A DNA stretch of 64,000 nt from Phoronis australis (GCA_002633005.1 NMRA01000339.1:206685-270684), one strand, 5' to 3'. Shown: positions 12,401 to 26,915, numbered from the stretch's first letter. Notes: generated by a model not told the origin, from the letters alone. A program made the numbers and translations.

Positions 12401-14769
12401 ATGCCTATGGCAAATCTGAAACTCTGGATCTTTTGAACTGCATATCTCTTTCCGGTATCAGGAAGCAAGCAAGCCAAATTTGTACAGTGTCCTTCAGAAC
12501 ATGAAAATCAATCTAGTTTGAAATTTATATGGCGAAACCAACTGAACCAAAGATTTTCAGTTGGTATACTGAATTTGTCACTCCCATTCCGTAAATATCC
12601 GGATAATTTTGTCACTGAATGTTAAAATTGCTCAGTCTGTATCACGTAAAAACTCACTGTCGTCGAGAAGAGAAATTTCACAGAAATTAGCAATAGTGCT
12701 AAATCTAAAAAAATCAATTTCATCAATTTTCATTTGTGCTTGGGTGCCATTTTAAGCGGGAAGACGAAATGACTTGAATTTTTGCATGTGGAATCTCTAA
12801 GGTATACTGTTTCAAATGAACTGTAACATTTTTTCTCAGACTTACCGTTTTCGAATTATTTGACATTGAATTTCAAAAAGTGCAAAATTCCATTTTTTCG
12901 AAAAAATTGTGGAATTATGTGAAACTAGCTTTCAGACGATGTTTTTTGTTTTTCGCTAAGACGTCTCGTTTTTGAATTATCCGGGATTTTTCTGATGGCG
13001 CTGTTCCTTTTTTGATTGAATTTTGCTTTATTTTGTTGTCATGCCTTCTTTTGAACAAGACTATATTTCTTACTTGTTTTGTGACGTCTTCATTCGTCAT
13101 GTGACTGTTATCGTCATGTTCATCATTGCCACCACCACCACCATCATCGTTATCGTGGATGTCTGATGTGAAATTCTTCACCTTCCCGACATCAATGAGA
13201 GAAACGAAAATGTGCCTGATTTCCAAAACGAGGTCATGCGCTTACTTATCTCCGGAACAAAGGAGAGTTTTATGGCCCGGTCGTCCTGTGAGTCGTAATG
13301 CAGGACAGAGGAAACGGAGAACGCTTAACAGTGGACTAGACTGATATCTGGATTTAGCCTCGACTTAAGAACCGCTGTCGAATGGAGTTAGAGTAAGTTG
13401 AAAAAATAAAATCAGTCGCACGAACCTTTCGGCTTTCAATAATATCTCGTTAAAGCTCTCAACATAACCATTGGCAATGTTGTAATCCTACAATGACGCA
13501 AACTAATATACTGCTTCCAAGCGTATCCCGAGAATCGGGCGCTGTGGTCCCTATTTTACGCACGTTGGGTAAACGAGGAGGCAAAACGTTCTCTATGGCA
13601 AGGACAACAACTTACACCGCGTAGACAGCCGGGCAAAATCAGCAATTATAGGTTTGTTGGTAAACTCGTGTTAGAAGTACGCAACCATACTGAACGTACT
13701 TATATTGACCTTCCGTTGGAATTTAGGGGTTTGCCGAACTGATACATGTATATATACAACGTTGCCATTGAATACACGTATTTTGGAAATTACAACTTGT
13801 AAGCCGTGCATGCCACCTGCAAACCGAATTTTGAAGAATTTAAACAGTTTAAAGTAGACATTGTTTGAACTATGAAGTTAATCTGTAACCACTAGCCTAG
13901 GTTAATTTTAAAACCCAAAAATCGATGCCAAATCAACGCACGTCCACAAACACGGAAATGGCTGCATACTGCTAACGACATAGATTTGCATAAAATATTA
14001 CTAAAACCAAATACTTATGGATGAAATATCAAAACCAGTGGCACTCTTTTGAAATGCAAATAACGTTTATTGTTTCTCCAACAATATTAAAGCTACACGC
14101 ATGCAACAGAATGAAATGAATAAAACAAACACGTTTGATTGGTTTTACCAAAGGTATGCCACAAATGCATCTTCCCAAAACCGTTGTGTTGTCTACTGCT
14201 ATTTCCAAACTCGACTTCCATTGTTTTGAAATATAATTAACACCATTTTTTTCTTTACGTAAGAATCCATGAATTAATGATAAACGTAGCACTACTGTCT
14301 TTCGATTTTTTGTACTTCATTTCCCGGGATTTCGGGAATTCTGCCTCACATATTCCCAGTCCAGCAGATTGAAATGGGTAGTGTTAACAGCAAGCCCAAC
14401 GTATAGCGCTGTTTATGTGACTTACGAGTATGTTGTTCGCCATACTCAGTTCACCCAAGCATTTCAAACGTATCGCTTCATACCACGAATTTCCACTAAT
14501 GAGATGGTGTTTTATGGACTTTCCCAATGTCATTGCTAACCGCACTAATCATGTGAATAGAAAGTGACCGTCTTAGAGAGTTTAACTGACCACTTCCCAT
14601 TCGTGAATATTGAATGAATATAGACAACACTCTATAAATAATGCATCAAAATTGAATTATAGCAAGGGCTTAAACTTTTGTAACGGAATTCATGTGCTAT
14701 GTGATTAATTATTTTAAATTATGATTATTAATGACACATATAAGTTTATATATTTATGCTTGCTAATTC

Positions 14770-17700
14770 TACTACAGGATTGGGAATATTATGGGCAACG
14801 GCTTAAGCACTACAAATTGTAGTTGGCTGCTTGCCACCAAATTGGTATGAGCAAAGCAGCAAATAACTGTAGTTAAGTAACTCATCAAAAAAAATAACGG
14901 TGGGTAACTAACCCAGCAAATGGTTGTAAATGAATAGAATATATAACAACAAGATGGTTTGCCACGTAGTTTGTCAGAAGTGTTTGGAAACTGATGCAGT
15001 GCACACGTAATAGCGTTAATAAAAATATCATTTCCCAAGTTAGATAAATGAACGCCATCCTGTTCAAACAGCTCACTTGAAGGTTCAGGAATATCTGGAT
15101 ATTTGATATACCCTCCAGAAACGTGACAACACAGGGTTGCACCAAATGAGTTGACTTGTGTCTTCTTGTAGCAGCCAAATAACTTTGACAACGCCACGAC
15201 TGACGGGGCAAGATCTGCCACCATACGAATCACGTCCCTGGGAGGTTTTGGGATAACCACTTCAAGTCGCGACGAATGGCGTGCCGTTCTGAATGGAGGG
15301 GAGTCGAGCTGCGGTCACTACCGGAGCAATGCAACATGAGATATGAGGGTGGATCCTCCAAACGCATCATGTAGCTGACGGTTGAACGCATGTCATGCCA
15401 TCACTGCCTTGCCAAAATATGTGTTTGATGCCAACGTCATCAGGGGCGGATCCAGAATTTTGAGTTAGGGGGTCAGGGCAGGGTATTAGCCAGGATTTTG
15501 CCCGTCAGACATTCGCACCCACGAACTGCCAAATGTAATCTTGGAGAATTTTAGGGGGGCCATGGCCCTCTTGGCCCCCTCTAAATCCGCCACTGCCATG
15601 AAGGTTGGAGCTAATTAAACTAGGCGAGCCGCGAGCATGACAAAACTTTCTCCGTATAATGGAGGAACCAACAATCCACCCTGTAGTCACCTGAAAATGC
15701 TTTGGTCATATTAGTCATGGAATGAGGTTGAGTCAGGATGCAAATGTACTTTTTAAAGCCTGAGAAGAGGTGGACCATCGACCAGCCTCTTTGATCTGGT
15801 CAGGGAGCCAGTCAGACAAGGAAGCGGTTGTAGCCGCACCAATTCAAAAGGAGGGAGATTTGATCCCGCCGTAATGTAAGCCTTCACTGTTGAGTACCCT
15901 CTGCAGGAGAGAGGTAAACTGATATCGAATGACAGGCCGTCCACCAAAATGACAAAGAAAATGTATACCCGAACGTGGACGACTGAACGAATGAAGTGGT
16001 ACACTGTAGTCACTAGCCATATAGACGAGCAATTGGGAAACCTTTCCAAGACTAGGGTGGCTGATTTCCGATGCTTGTCAGTGTCGGACGACTTGATCCA
16101 AACACATAATTTGTTGTCGACGATGCGTATGTCATGGACCAGCAAGGCCTGTCCTTCAGCACCAACTAATTTTTCAATTCTGAAGAAGTCAGAAATGCTA
16201 GAATATAAGCAGTACGAAAGAGTAGCGTCTCGTAAAGAGATTAGCAAACCGAGGCTAAATCCATGACTAGTCGCGACAAAATTTCTCGAGTCATTTGAAG
16301 GCGACTATCGCCAGATTTATTTGTGCGCTTGATACCCTCGACGGTCTTGCACACCAGAAAATGAGATATTATATCAATTTAACCTACAGACTGGGACAAA
16401 AAATTGATGCCAGAAAGATGTGTTTCAACAGTGCAATAGGCAAATCCGAGAAAGGACATGCCAGACGTCTAGAACAACTTTGTCCTCCGTGAGTGGCCAG
16501 AATAATGATAAGAGATTCTGTGACCTGAAGGAATCGGAGGATGGTAAGCTCTGTTCATATACTGCTTGAGTACTCTTGGAAGTAGAGGCATAGATTACTG
16601 TCTCAGCCTCACGTCGGAGATCACCATCAGAAAATAGCCCGGCATGTGTGGTGGGAACTTGTCAGCAAGGGGATGTAATCGTCGAAATCGTGCATCCTGT
16701 TTACGATAAACGGCATCAACAGGACCGTTATCAACATCCCTGACATACTTGGCTCGAACTTAAATGCCCTCATGAAAGACGTTACTTTCTTAGAATTTGA
16801 AGATTGACAATTGGTTATTTGAACAAGAGATGCATGGTCAATCCATAACAGTACTTTTTTATTGGCAAGGGAGCTACCTCAAATATGGAGAACCAGTACG
16901 ATAGGGACCAACTCCAGAAATGGGATATTAAACATAGCAGGAGTACAATGATTAGGCCCAGTGGCTTTGGAACACAGCACCACATCCCAAGGTCACGGTT
17001 CTTTTTGACAGAACACTTTATGGAAAATAGGTCTCACCGTTGAATGACTGGAGAAGGGTTAACTACATGAATACGTCTTCACTCATACCAGCTGTGACAC
17101 GGATTCTGAGGAAAGGCTTACTCACATTGCAGGTAGAATCATAGAAGCGCCTTAGGAATGTACGCGCAACAGCAATAGCTCTGGAGAAAAATTGAAGCAT
17201 ACATGTTAGTGACCGCAATTCCCGCAGTGTTTCCTCAGGATTGAGAGGAGATTGATTGGCCTCACGTTCACCTTTCTATGGAGACGGAATTTTAACCAAC
17301 GTGTCAATGTAAAACACCAAAAAGGTAAGGTATGTTGTTGGGCCTCCAGTTTTGTCGTGTGCCAAAGGTACACCCAGTAGTTGGCACACCACATAAAAGT
17401 GCATTCATCAACACTGAATAACAGTCCGTGCTCATTGTGCCAGCAAATATAAAATCATCCAAATGGTGGTCAAGAGGGGCTATACCTGACTGGTGCTTGA
17501 CTACTCAGCGTAGAGCAGTAGAAACCTTCTCAAAAAGAGAACAAGCTACGGAGCAACCAAAGGCTAAACACTTATCCACATAGAACTTGTCCTGAAATTG
17601 ATAGCCCAATTGGTCGAAATCCGGTGACTGGGTGAATGGGTAACAATCGAAATGCTGACGTGATATCCATCTTTCCTAATTAAGTATCTGGGTCCAACAA

Positions 17701-18975
17701 ACTAATCATTTGTATGACTTGGTCAAAGTGTACTGAACACTACAGTGAGCCTGGTTAGTGCCATCATTTACACTTGTGCCCTCAGCAAAATATAAGTGAG
17801 ATATCGTCCTGAAATCACCATCGGGTTTGCACAAGCCCCAAAGGTTATGTCTGGAGAGTGGATATGAAGGGATTAAGGAAGGGGACCGTGCTACGACCCA
17901 AGGTAATTTCCATGGACAAACATAGCCACAGAACGTGTGGGTATTGATCAGATAAACGCAAGTTACTTGAGCGAAACCGGAGACGAGTGCCCGAAAATTG
18001 GATGCGAAAACCCTTGGTAAAACATTGAACTACAAGATATCGAGTTACAGGATCAGGGAATTCCTGGAGCATGGCGTTCAAAATAGTGGGGCAACAGGGG
18101 TGGAAGCTAGAAATCAAATGGTGGTGGAATTGTTCGTGAAACTGAGACTACTACCTAGAACAAAAATTTAAGACGTGGAGGAATTTTCAAAAGCACTGAG
18201 TTCTGTTAGGCTTTGAGGGCTGGTTAGCAGGCTGTCCATTGTTTGGAAGATATGGAGGTCGAAATCTAGGCCACTGGTTGAACCGGTTATGGGAGACTCG
18301 AGCTTTGGTAACGGGATTTTCGGTAAATAAGCCCACCCGATAAAACGCTTATTCGGAAAGTTAGGGCGTTTATTCGGTGTTACAACTTCTGGTATCAAGT
18401 GCCCAGAAAGTGGGGCGTTAATATTCCGAAACTTTCCTCTTAAAATCCCACAAAACGTCAACTTATTGTCACAAATTCAATTTTGTGGTGCCTTTTTCAT
18501 GTACATATACGAAAAAAGTGTTGGCAAGCTATGCATTTATTAACATAAAATTTAAAAACACTTTTAAGTAAAAAATTTCAAAGTCAGAAAAACTATATGA
18601 CTTTCCGTTTACACGCCCGCCGAATAAACCCCCATGGGCTTATGTACGGAAAATCCCGGTACAAGCAATAACATGGTTTGGGGCATCGCAGGAAAGGCAG
18701 AGGTGTCTATACCTTGCAGGGGTGCTTGGAACAATTATTGCGATAGTTGAAATTATAGTACTTGAGATATTGAGTTGGATCCGGGGTTGAAGCGGAATTA
18801 CCTCCCACGTAAAGGATCCACAGCTCTGTGTTCATTTTAATTGACGCAGATTAAAATAGATGACTAGGGGGACAAAGGGTCACTCCCCTTTCGATACCGA
18901 TACTGTTCGTCATATATGACCCGACCATCTTTACTGCGGCTTAAACCCAGGGGGACGTCCCGCTATGTTTAAACA
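14770..18975 (-). mobile_element. Degenerate Ngaro-type DIRS (tyrosine-recombinase) retrotransposon: gag, RT/RNase H, YR, SGNH hydrolase
   Basis: Minus-strand fragments in canonical order: gag (IYDEQYRYRK..MNTELW, Cys/His finger, ~18670-18975); RT (FTKGFRIQFSG..PLGL..FRTISHL..GTSVND, ~17400-18100); RNase H (FLELVPIVLVLHI.., ~16700-17000); YR (IKSSDTDK, PSF*IGAATTA = HSFRIGAAT motif, ~15750-16600); SGNH (WIVGSSII..DGVHLSNLGNDIF, ~14950-15690). Many stops and frameshifts. Confidence 0.85.
15441..15595 (-). mobile_element. hAT-like MITE inserted in the DIRS SGNH ORF
   Basis: CAGGGGCGGATCC...TCCGCCACTG; reverse-complement copy of 9261-9418. Confidence 0.8.
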
Positions 18976-19359
18976 AATAATCCCACCAATCACAAGTGGC
19001 TTCCGTGGAAACCGACATACAGGATGTATGTGACCTTTGACTTTTTAAACCATTTTAACCAAGTATTAACCAATGACAGAGGTGCTTACTTAATGATCTA
19101 AAATGACCTACCTGTACTTAGTTACCTCATCATAATAAGGAAATTTAAAGAAAATTATCTCAGTTTGAAACCCCAATAACTTTGTTAATTAGCAAGTTTG
19201 AGCTTGGCTCCCACCAAACAGTGGTCTTTGGTAGTTTTCAGCAATTGTGATTTGTGCTCTGTAAAATGACTTTGCCATAAAAACAATTTTATTTAGAAAA
19301 CTTATCACGTTTTGGCCTTGCAATAGTTTGGTCGACCTTTGCTAGTGAGAAATGCGTGT

Positions 19360-19900
19360 AGATGTATTCGTCAAATATCCCCATGAGATATTTCCTGACA
19401 AGGTTGGTTCTCCGGTATCTACACCAACGACCGCCGTCCCCGGTAAACAGGGAATTTTAGACATACGCTACGGTTCAGCTTGATAACGGTTGAAATTTGC
19501 CTGGCAAAGTAAGCAATGTCTCACAGTGTCGTCGATGTCCGCTGGGGGCCATATGTTACTGCGAAACGGTGATTTTGCTTTGTTGACACCTTCATTGTCC
19601 TCGTGAGCAAGTTTGCTTCCGGTGTTGGATACTGGTTGGAGAAAATAATCATGGGGCCACACAGAACAAAAAATAGTGGCTCATTAACGACAAGCTCATT
19701 TTTCACCGATTGTACATGCCGTAAAGAGTCTATGCCAATGTCTCGCGTCAGTGTTTAACGATACATGCCATCTACTGGAACAGATTAACCTTATAGCCAG
19801 TCGCATCTGCTACTCTGTTTCACATTGCCACCTAGGGAGAAGTCTAAGCACTGTGAAAGAATTTTAGTGCAACGTCTAAGAGCCAACGCTTTTTGATAAA
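19360..19900 (-). mobile_element. Gypsy LTR-retrotransposon pol (integrase zinc-binding) remnant
   Basis: LAHEDNEGVNKAKS..NIWPP.DIDDTVRHCLLCQAN matches the integrase HHCC region, followed by a degenerate ..MGIFDEY core start. Confidence 0.7.
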
Positions 19901-22900
19901 AGCATACAGTGTGTAACGAGTAAAACAAGGTGATGTACACAGTCTCAGTCCACAGTAATTTCTGCTATCATGGGTTCAAAGGCTATTTGGCAAACCTGTG
20001 TTCAGACATAATCAAAAGTTGATTTATGGTATTGCAGTGACATCCACAACATTAAAAAGAGAAACATAACATGGAAATAAAAATGCAAATTTAAAGTGTT
20101 GCTGGCCAGATGTGATGGCAAGCAATTTTTCTCGTGTTCCAAGTAGACTAAGTGCATTATTTCAAACAAATAACGTTTTTTGACCTACAGTATAGATAAG
20201 AGATTTTTATGACTGTCACAAAACAGATATACTCGCTATACAACCATCTCACTGCTTTTTGCAAAATTATAAAACAACATAGAAGTTAAAGGAACACAAC
20301 AGGAATTATCGAAACAGGTAAGTGATACGGAACTCTCTCTTGATCTTACTTCACACTTGAAGGCAACTTATTCAATCTTCTGCTACACCTCGGTGTCGTC
20401 TATCCATCTTGAGGCAAACAGTGGTAAACTTTAAACCCAGCCATCCCTTATCACGAAAATCCAGGAAGGGGTTATAACTTTTCGGTGTCGTATTTTACCT
20501 GTGGACGAATGATAATCTTCCTCAAATGATATACTAAAAGATATTTTGCTGTTCATACTCATACTTAGGCATTTTCAGAATCAATTTCAAGAGTCACTTA
20601 CACTCAAGAAGCGCCAGAGAAGATGGACCAAAACAAAAGTCCAATGCATTCATGTATATAGCTACTTTCAAATTTGTTTATCAAAACTTGAGAATGGATG
20701 TTTTGTCACACCTTCAAAGCAAAATGTTCTGTCTTGGTGTGTACGCAACACATGGAAAAATGTTGAATTTTCCTTGATCAAGAAAAGTTATTGTAGCTTG
20801 AGCTTAGAGAGAAACTAAATGTCGTTTCAACATTCATTTGGAAATCCACCAAAGCGTGGAAAGTGAACCGCACATTCCTAATATCCAGCAATTCAACATG
20901 CACGTGAACAAAGTGCTTTATTTAAAAAAAATCATTTTTTGTAGATTGATTTTGGTATATTCTGTTGCAAAACATCTGCGTTCAGGGATAAACGCTAGGA
21001 TAGGCGTATTTGATTTGCACCATTGATATACACTTGACACACGCTGTCAACAACTATATATTAATTAGAGAGGACTTGTGGACGGAGACAAGTTTTGGAA
21101 TTACTCTAGAAAATTACGAATCATTCCCATGTATAGCATCATCAAGGCAACCCTAAAAAGCTTAGACTCGCTTAGAATGCAATAGTACCGGAAACTGAAA
21201 CTGAGATTACGGTGCACTATTATACTACATGTACATGTACTGCTTGCAGCACAGAATACAATTAAAAAAAAAATTACAAAATACTGCTTTGAGAAAGTTC
21301 ATTACAATCGATACTTTCACCCGAAGAGTTGCCACAAAGATAATTATTGACAATGCATTACTTATGATGACGACTTGTTATTGCGACACTCCATGAAATG
21401 GTCACGCTATCAGACACAGGGTATTAGTTAACGAAGTACATTTCAAGTCTTACTACCCGCACGTTTTAGGAATTGAAGTTCTTTAATTATACCAGTTACC
21501 ATAAGCAACAATTCAATATTGATGAAATGCTAGTTTGACTATGAAATCACTGGAATGCACCATAATTCAGGTTCTTACGCTTTTCTTCTATACATTTCTT
21601 GGGACAGGGACCGCACACGACTTGGGAAAGAATGACCTGGTTTTCATGCTGCCCCTAGGATACACTTTAGACATGAGCACATACCAATAGCCACAGAAAC
21701 CTTGCTGGAAAGCACAGATTTCAACATGAAACAATAAAACAGTGGCCAGCAGAGACTTAAAAGGTGCGTTTTTGCAAATTAAGGTAATTCGATATTCACT
21801 CGGTGAATAATTAATAGGTTAAGAACAGAATGCAGCTCATCGATCAGCGTCGGCTTGTGGTCCTACGTGACTATCTGAATGTACGCGATGTCTTAATAAA
21901 GGAACTTAGTGAATTTCTAGTCACCCCTGTCAGTGGTTGAAATGTGCATGTGATGACTAAGCATGGAAATTTAATATGATTAGCAAGCCGCTCATAGGTG
22001 ATCCATTATTGAGTTCCCCACATTTGATTGCACTCTTCAACGTAGACTGGTCTCAGGTTTCGACCTGGTCGGTTTTGTGTGACGTTATGAACAGTGATTA
22101 AAGCTATAACTGGTCAGTGATGAATGAGATTTTCCCAATCTTGACTGGATTGATTACTGTACGTTACGTCAGTATTTGATCGCAACCTTGGAAAGAACGT
22201 GAAAATTTTCAGCGGTACGATCCAGGTTAAAAGCATCACTTAAACATACGGTATAGGCGAATTTACTTGCCAATTGAAGTGACTGCTAAGAACTCAGACG
22301 TACGTTGATGACATTCTGACAAAGCTAATCGAAATAGCCGTGCCATATTGAAATTTTCTAACCCGCCAGATGGCAATCAGGTGGACAGGCGTTCAGCGCC
22401 ATCTGCAAATCTCACGTGATGCGGATGGTAGGTTTCAACATATTGGGATTAACAACGATTTAAAGCCAGCCTTGAACGGTAACATCTGCAAATTGGGTTA
22501 CTATAGTATGTTAAGAGAATCGCTCTGAGTCACTAGTGCCATAAATTGCCAAATGTAACGAACTGTTAGGCGTATTGGCTTGCTTTAGTGTACGTCACCG
22601 CTAGAATATCACCTTTTAATTCAAACAGTTGCGAATAACACCCGCACGCAATGATGTTCCATTCAGACCTCTATTCAATACAACTGTTATCTGCCTTTTG
22701 GTGTTTGTGCTGGTACCTCGCGGTGACGCAACAGGGCACGAAAAGGTAGCTTCACTTATCATTTGACGGCTTACACTAGCGCGATTGAACTCGCGTTTTC
22801 TTATTTTACTAAGAATTTGCTAGGACTATCTGGTTAGCCCAATACATCTGAAATAACAAAATTCCGTGGAAGCTAGGCATTAACGTCACTGCTTACCTTC

Positions 22901-23278
22901 GTTCGAATATTTGAAACCAAATGGGATTTTCACATATTTTATTAAGCAAAAATTCTTCTTTCAGATGATGCAAGCCCCAAAAAATATGTATAGTAATTAT
23001 GTGCTATTTACTAATTTCTTTGGTGCTGGAGTTTATTTACAAGGGGTTCCGATCACGTTACCTCGTGGGCGGAGATTGTGTAAATACTGTTGCACTGAAA
23101 ACGAGCGCGAACGGGATCTCGACTACTTCTGTGACTTGGACAGTCGGAAAACGTTGATTACCCTCCATTTCGTCAAAGTGAGAAAGAGAATATTATCACT
23201 AGATTACTTGCTTAATTGATTGTTATTTTTTGGAAACAAAACGCATTCAGCATCCAACTACACAAAAGGAGTTGACAC

Positions 23279-23435
23279 CAGGGGCGGATCCAGGATTTTG
23301 AGTTGGAGGGACATGGTATCGTATTAGCCAGGATTTTGCATGTCAGACATTTGCACTCCCGAACTGCCAAATGGAATCTGGGAGAATTTTGAGGGAGAGG
23401 CATGCCCCCTTGGTCCCTCTCTAAATCCGCCACTG
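23279..23435 (-). mobile_element. hAT-like MITE, 5-bp TSD
   Basis: Same family as 9261-9418; flanks GACAC/GACAA. Confidence 0.8.
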
Positions 23436-23789
23436 GACAATGGGTCCCTGGATAGCCTTGCCCAATTCAGTATACTAACTTTCTGGTGAATTTATAACCT
23501 CGTACGCAATCGGCAACTTGGTGGCATGGAAACAGAAACTTTGAACAACAACGTTAGGCAAAAAGTAGGGTTCATGACATAACACCGTGTATTTTGAAGG
23601 AGAACACGTGACTTTAACTGGATTTTAGCTAAGTCCTGGCGTTGGTCCTAGCGTTACTGAACGCACACATGATTTTAACGAAGAGCGCGGATGAGTGCAC
23701 TGCGGCACAGCGTTCTGGCATAAATGTACACGTGAAGAAGTGGGTCCCAGAATGCGTGAAATCGTGTGAATCTAAAAAAGGGCTACACG

Positions 23790-26700
23790 CTTTTTACAGA
23801 CTGATTCGATGATGAGAAGATGAGGGCAAAGCCCCCGAACAACTTCGCAAGATCTGATGATCTCGACTTCTGCCGTCGCTGTACTTGATGTGGACATGGC
23901 TAGGTCAGCATAAAACCGACTGGATGGCGACAGCATTCGTGGCGACGATGGCTGAAAGGCAACAGCGTAGATTGTTTGACTTTCATGATGCTGGCTAAAA
24001 GGCAACGCCAAACATGCTTATCTTTGGTTGTGTTTATATTGCTCCGTCGGGACTGTGAAGCTGGGTAAATGTCAACAGAAGTCATGCTTGTACTTGGTTG
24101 TCTTTATACTGCCCCGTCTGGACAGGTAATTGTTACCAGTTCAGCGGGGCAAGGACCCTTAGGTGCTCGTGATACATGATTGTGTCTGAAATTCGGTTCA
24201 ATATTCCTTCGCGGAGTGATGGTAGTCTGTCAGAGACAGTCTGCATTCCGGCGAGCTCATGTAGTGTGTCTGTTCCGGAATATGTCTGTGGGCTGACAAC
24301 AATTCTCAGCGGCCAGTTCGGAATTCTCTGGAATTTTTTATTGTTGTATGAACACAGGTTGCTATGTCGATAGTATCGTATTCGCCGGAACAGGGGTCTG
24401 TTAAACATCTTGTAGATTAACAGAACTAGGCAGTCACTGTTAGCATCAACCCTATGCCGTTCAATCGATACAAAAGCTTGACTCTTGGGGATACCAGTTT
24501 TAGTTCCAAAGATCGTGAAATCAGATTGTCCCTGTCTCACCGAGATGCACCTGTCTCTCAAGAAAGGTGTAAAAGTCTAGCCATTTTGTCAGTGTAGACA
24601 TGTATTTGAGAGTTTGTACCTCATACCGTCATGCTATACAGACTCCACATTATCATTATGGTACCTGTGCACCACTTCTTGTATAATGTAGCTTTACCTT
24701 CTAAAATCAGTGTATGGATGTGTTCGGCTCCTTCACGTTTGTTTTTTTCTGTAGACTCTCTCTTAGCAGTTAAAGAAGCTTTCAGAATCTAGTTCTGCAA
24801 TGATTCTGTTCGTGGTACACTCGAACGTTTGGGCTATGCATGATAGCTGACTGATTTGGCGGTAATTGGGCGGGTTAGAGTGGTCTTTGTCTGGTTTGCG
24901 TAACGTGGCACCAAGTGCAAATTTCCACTGCTTGGGGAAAGTGGCCGATAACAAGACATCTTTAGAAGATCTCGGCTAATCTTTCGTGGAGAGAACGTCG
25001 TAGGAGATAGAACCGCTTTCTGAGTAGTTGTTTTCCTTGCCCTTAGAAAGTGTTCGTATGATCTCAATTGGCGTTATTTCAGCAAGCATATTAGTGGTTA
25101 TCTCCTCGTTCTCCGCGTGATTGTGTTAAGGGTATTAAACAGGTTTGCTTATCGGGCACAATGTTGTCTACGAGGCGTTTTGTCACTTTGCAGAAGGTTA
25201 TTAGGCTTTTGTGCATTGTATGAGCTCTCTCTAGAGTTCTGGCAAATACAGTGGCCTTGTCTGGGTCGGAGGAGGTAGTTTTGTTGTCATATATCAGTGA
25301 TTTAGCATTCGGGTAGTTGCGAGTGCCCGTACCTGTAACCCCTTTAAAGGTCGTTCAAAAATTTTGTCCCTTTCCTCATTCAGAGATTCACAAAACTTCA
25401 TGTACGATTGCCCTTTTCCTCTTTGACGGCGTTCTCAACGCATCTTTTCAATACATTGAAAATATGGTGGTAGATTGGGTTGCCAGGGTAGACCTTAAAA
25501 TTACATCTTGTTTTGCGTTTCAGTGGGATCAGTATCAATGTGTTTTCTGAGCACCGCCATGAATTTTCGCAATGGTGCATTTTTTTCCAATGCGTTTTCT
25601 GACTTCTTTTTTCTTCTTTGCTAAAGTCCAACCCTGTAGTTTAATGACCATAATTCCCACCGCCAGCTCGGTGAGTTTCATTGCAAGGCGTAGGACCTCA
25701 AGGTCGTTTGAAGGACCCTTTGCTAACTGAGCATATGGTAGCTGCTTTGCTGCAGATTTGTAGGCTGCATACATGGGCGGCGAAGCACTGAAAAAAGTGG
25801 AGGTTATAGCCCCCTATCCTCCCTGTGGTGCACCGCCCATAGGCCATAGCACAGTGAAAAAAGAGAGTCTATAGCCCCCCCCCCACCCCCCTAGGGTGCG
25901 CCGCCCATGGCATAGTGGCTACATGGTATGTGGTTGTCTTGTTTGGGGCCACCGCAGCTATCACAGGTGGGTTCCTTTTCAAGATTGTTACAGTCGGTAA
26001 ATTTTTGGTTACTGCCCCAGTAGTTACTATGTACATTTTTCTACCTTGGACTTGCAATGCAAGCTGTAATGACCTCACTCTCGCCTTTTGAAGCATTGTA
26101 ATACTGTTTCCGTCTTGTATCTCTCCAATTTTATCTTCATGAGGCCAATGATTGCACGGTCTTTGAGTATTGTATCGTACGTCTCAATTTCAGGGCAGGT
26201 GATTTTCACCTTTTTGGTTGGCCGGTCCATCTTCCCCGATATCAGCCGTTTGGCTGAAAAGCCTTTTGCCAAGCGTTTGTGAAAAATCTGCGTCTGTCGT
26301 CGCAGATGATGCGCTCAGCAGGTCTAGTGTGAGGGCGCACGAGTCACTGGTTCGGTCCACGGGGTGACGGAACGTACATCCCTCGAAATCCTTGATTATG
26401 TCCTTTTGCCAGGAAAGACTTCCCGAATTCCTGGTCATCACTGGAGACCAGGAGATATCCGCGCGCGCTTAGTAAAGGCCACCTTCTTGACCTTGTATTC
26501 GTTTTGTGACTTTTTGCATTGTGAGAACGTCCTCGTGCAAGTGCGGATGTTATTACAATCCGGACTTTAAAGGCGTCAACCGAGTAGCTGGTCTCTGTTT
26601 TACATATTCGGAGTGGCAAGAGTCCACTCCTCTGAAAGTGCCTCGTCTTGGCCCTTTTGTGACTCCTCAATTTCTCTGAGTGTGGCTGCGAAGCGGTCAT

Positions 26701-26915
26701 CCATCACCCTGTTGGGAGTTGGCTAGTTCCCGAGCCTGGGGATTGGGTTTGCTTTTCTTTGAAGCTGGTTGTGGGAGCGCAGCTGCTGTTTTTTGCCCGC
26801 ATGCGAGGGTTTTGCCTTTATTCTGCCGCGCCGGCCCGAGACAGAGGGTTTCTGCGGCCCCTTTACGGTTGTCACTGACTGCTTCGTGGCCGCGATGATC
26901 ATAATAAGCCGCCAT
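23790..26915 (-). mobile_element. Degenerate non-LTR retrotransposon (I/Nimb/Jockey-like LINE): ORF1 with three CCHC knuckles and RT fragments
   Basis: ORF1 knuckles VLQCFKRRE*GHYSLHC..., C-NYWGSNQKFTDC and PTCDSCGGPK...C (~25920-26100). RT motifs FPKQWKFA..LRKPDKDHSNPPNYRQISQLSCIAQTFE (24763-24954) and RDRCISVRQG..TGIP (~24480-24560). No endonuclease region recognised. Confidence 0.8.
25772..25910. mobile_element. Two adjacent ~70-bp mini-MITEs (CATGGGCGG...CCGCCCATG) inserted in the LINE
   Basis: Short TIRs; near-identical copy at 61097-61167. Confidence 0.65.

Noticed and set aside
20200-21750. Very old minus-strand LINE (faint VRQG..SP.LF and VEICAFQ-like traces)
   Set aside because: Too degenerate to support by eye.
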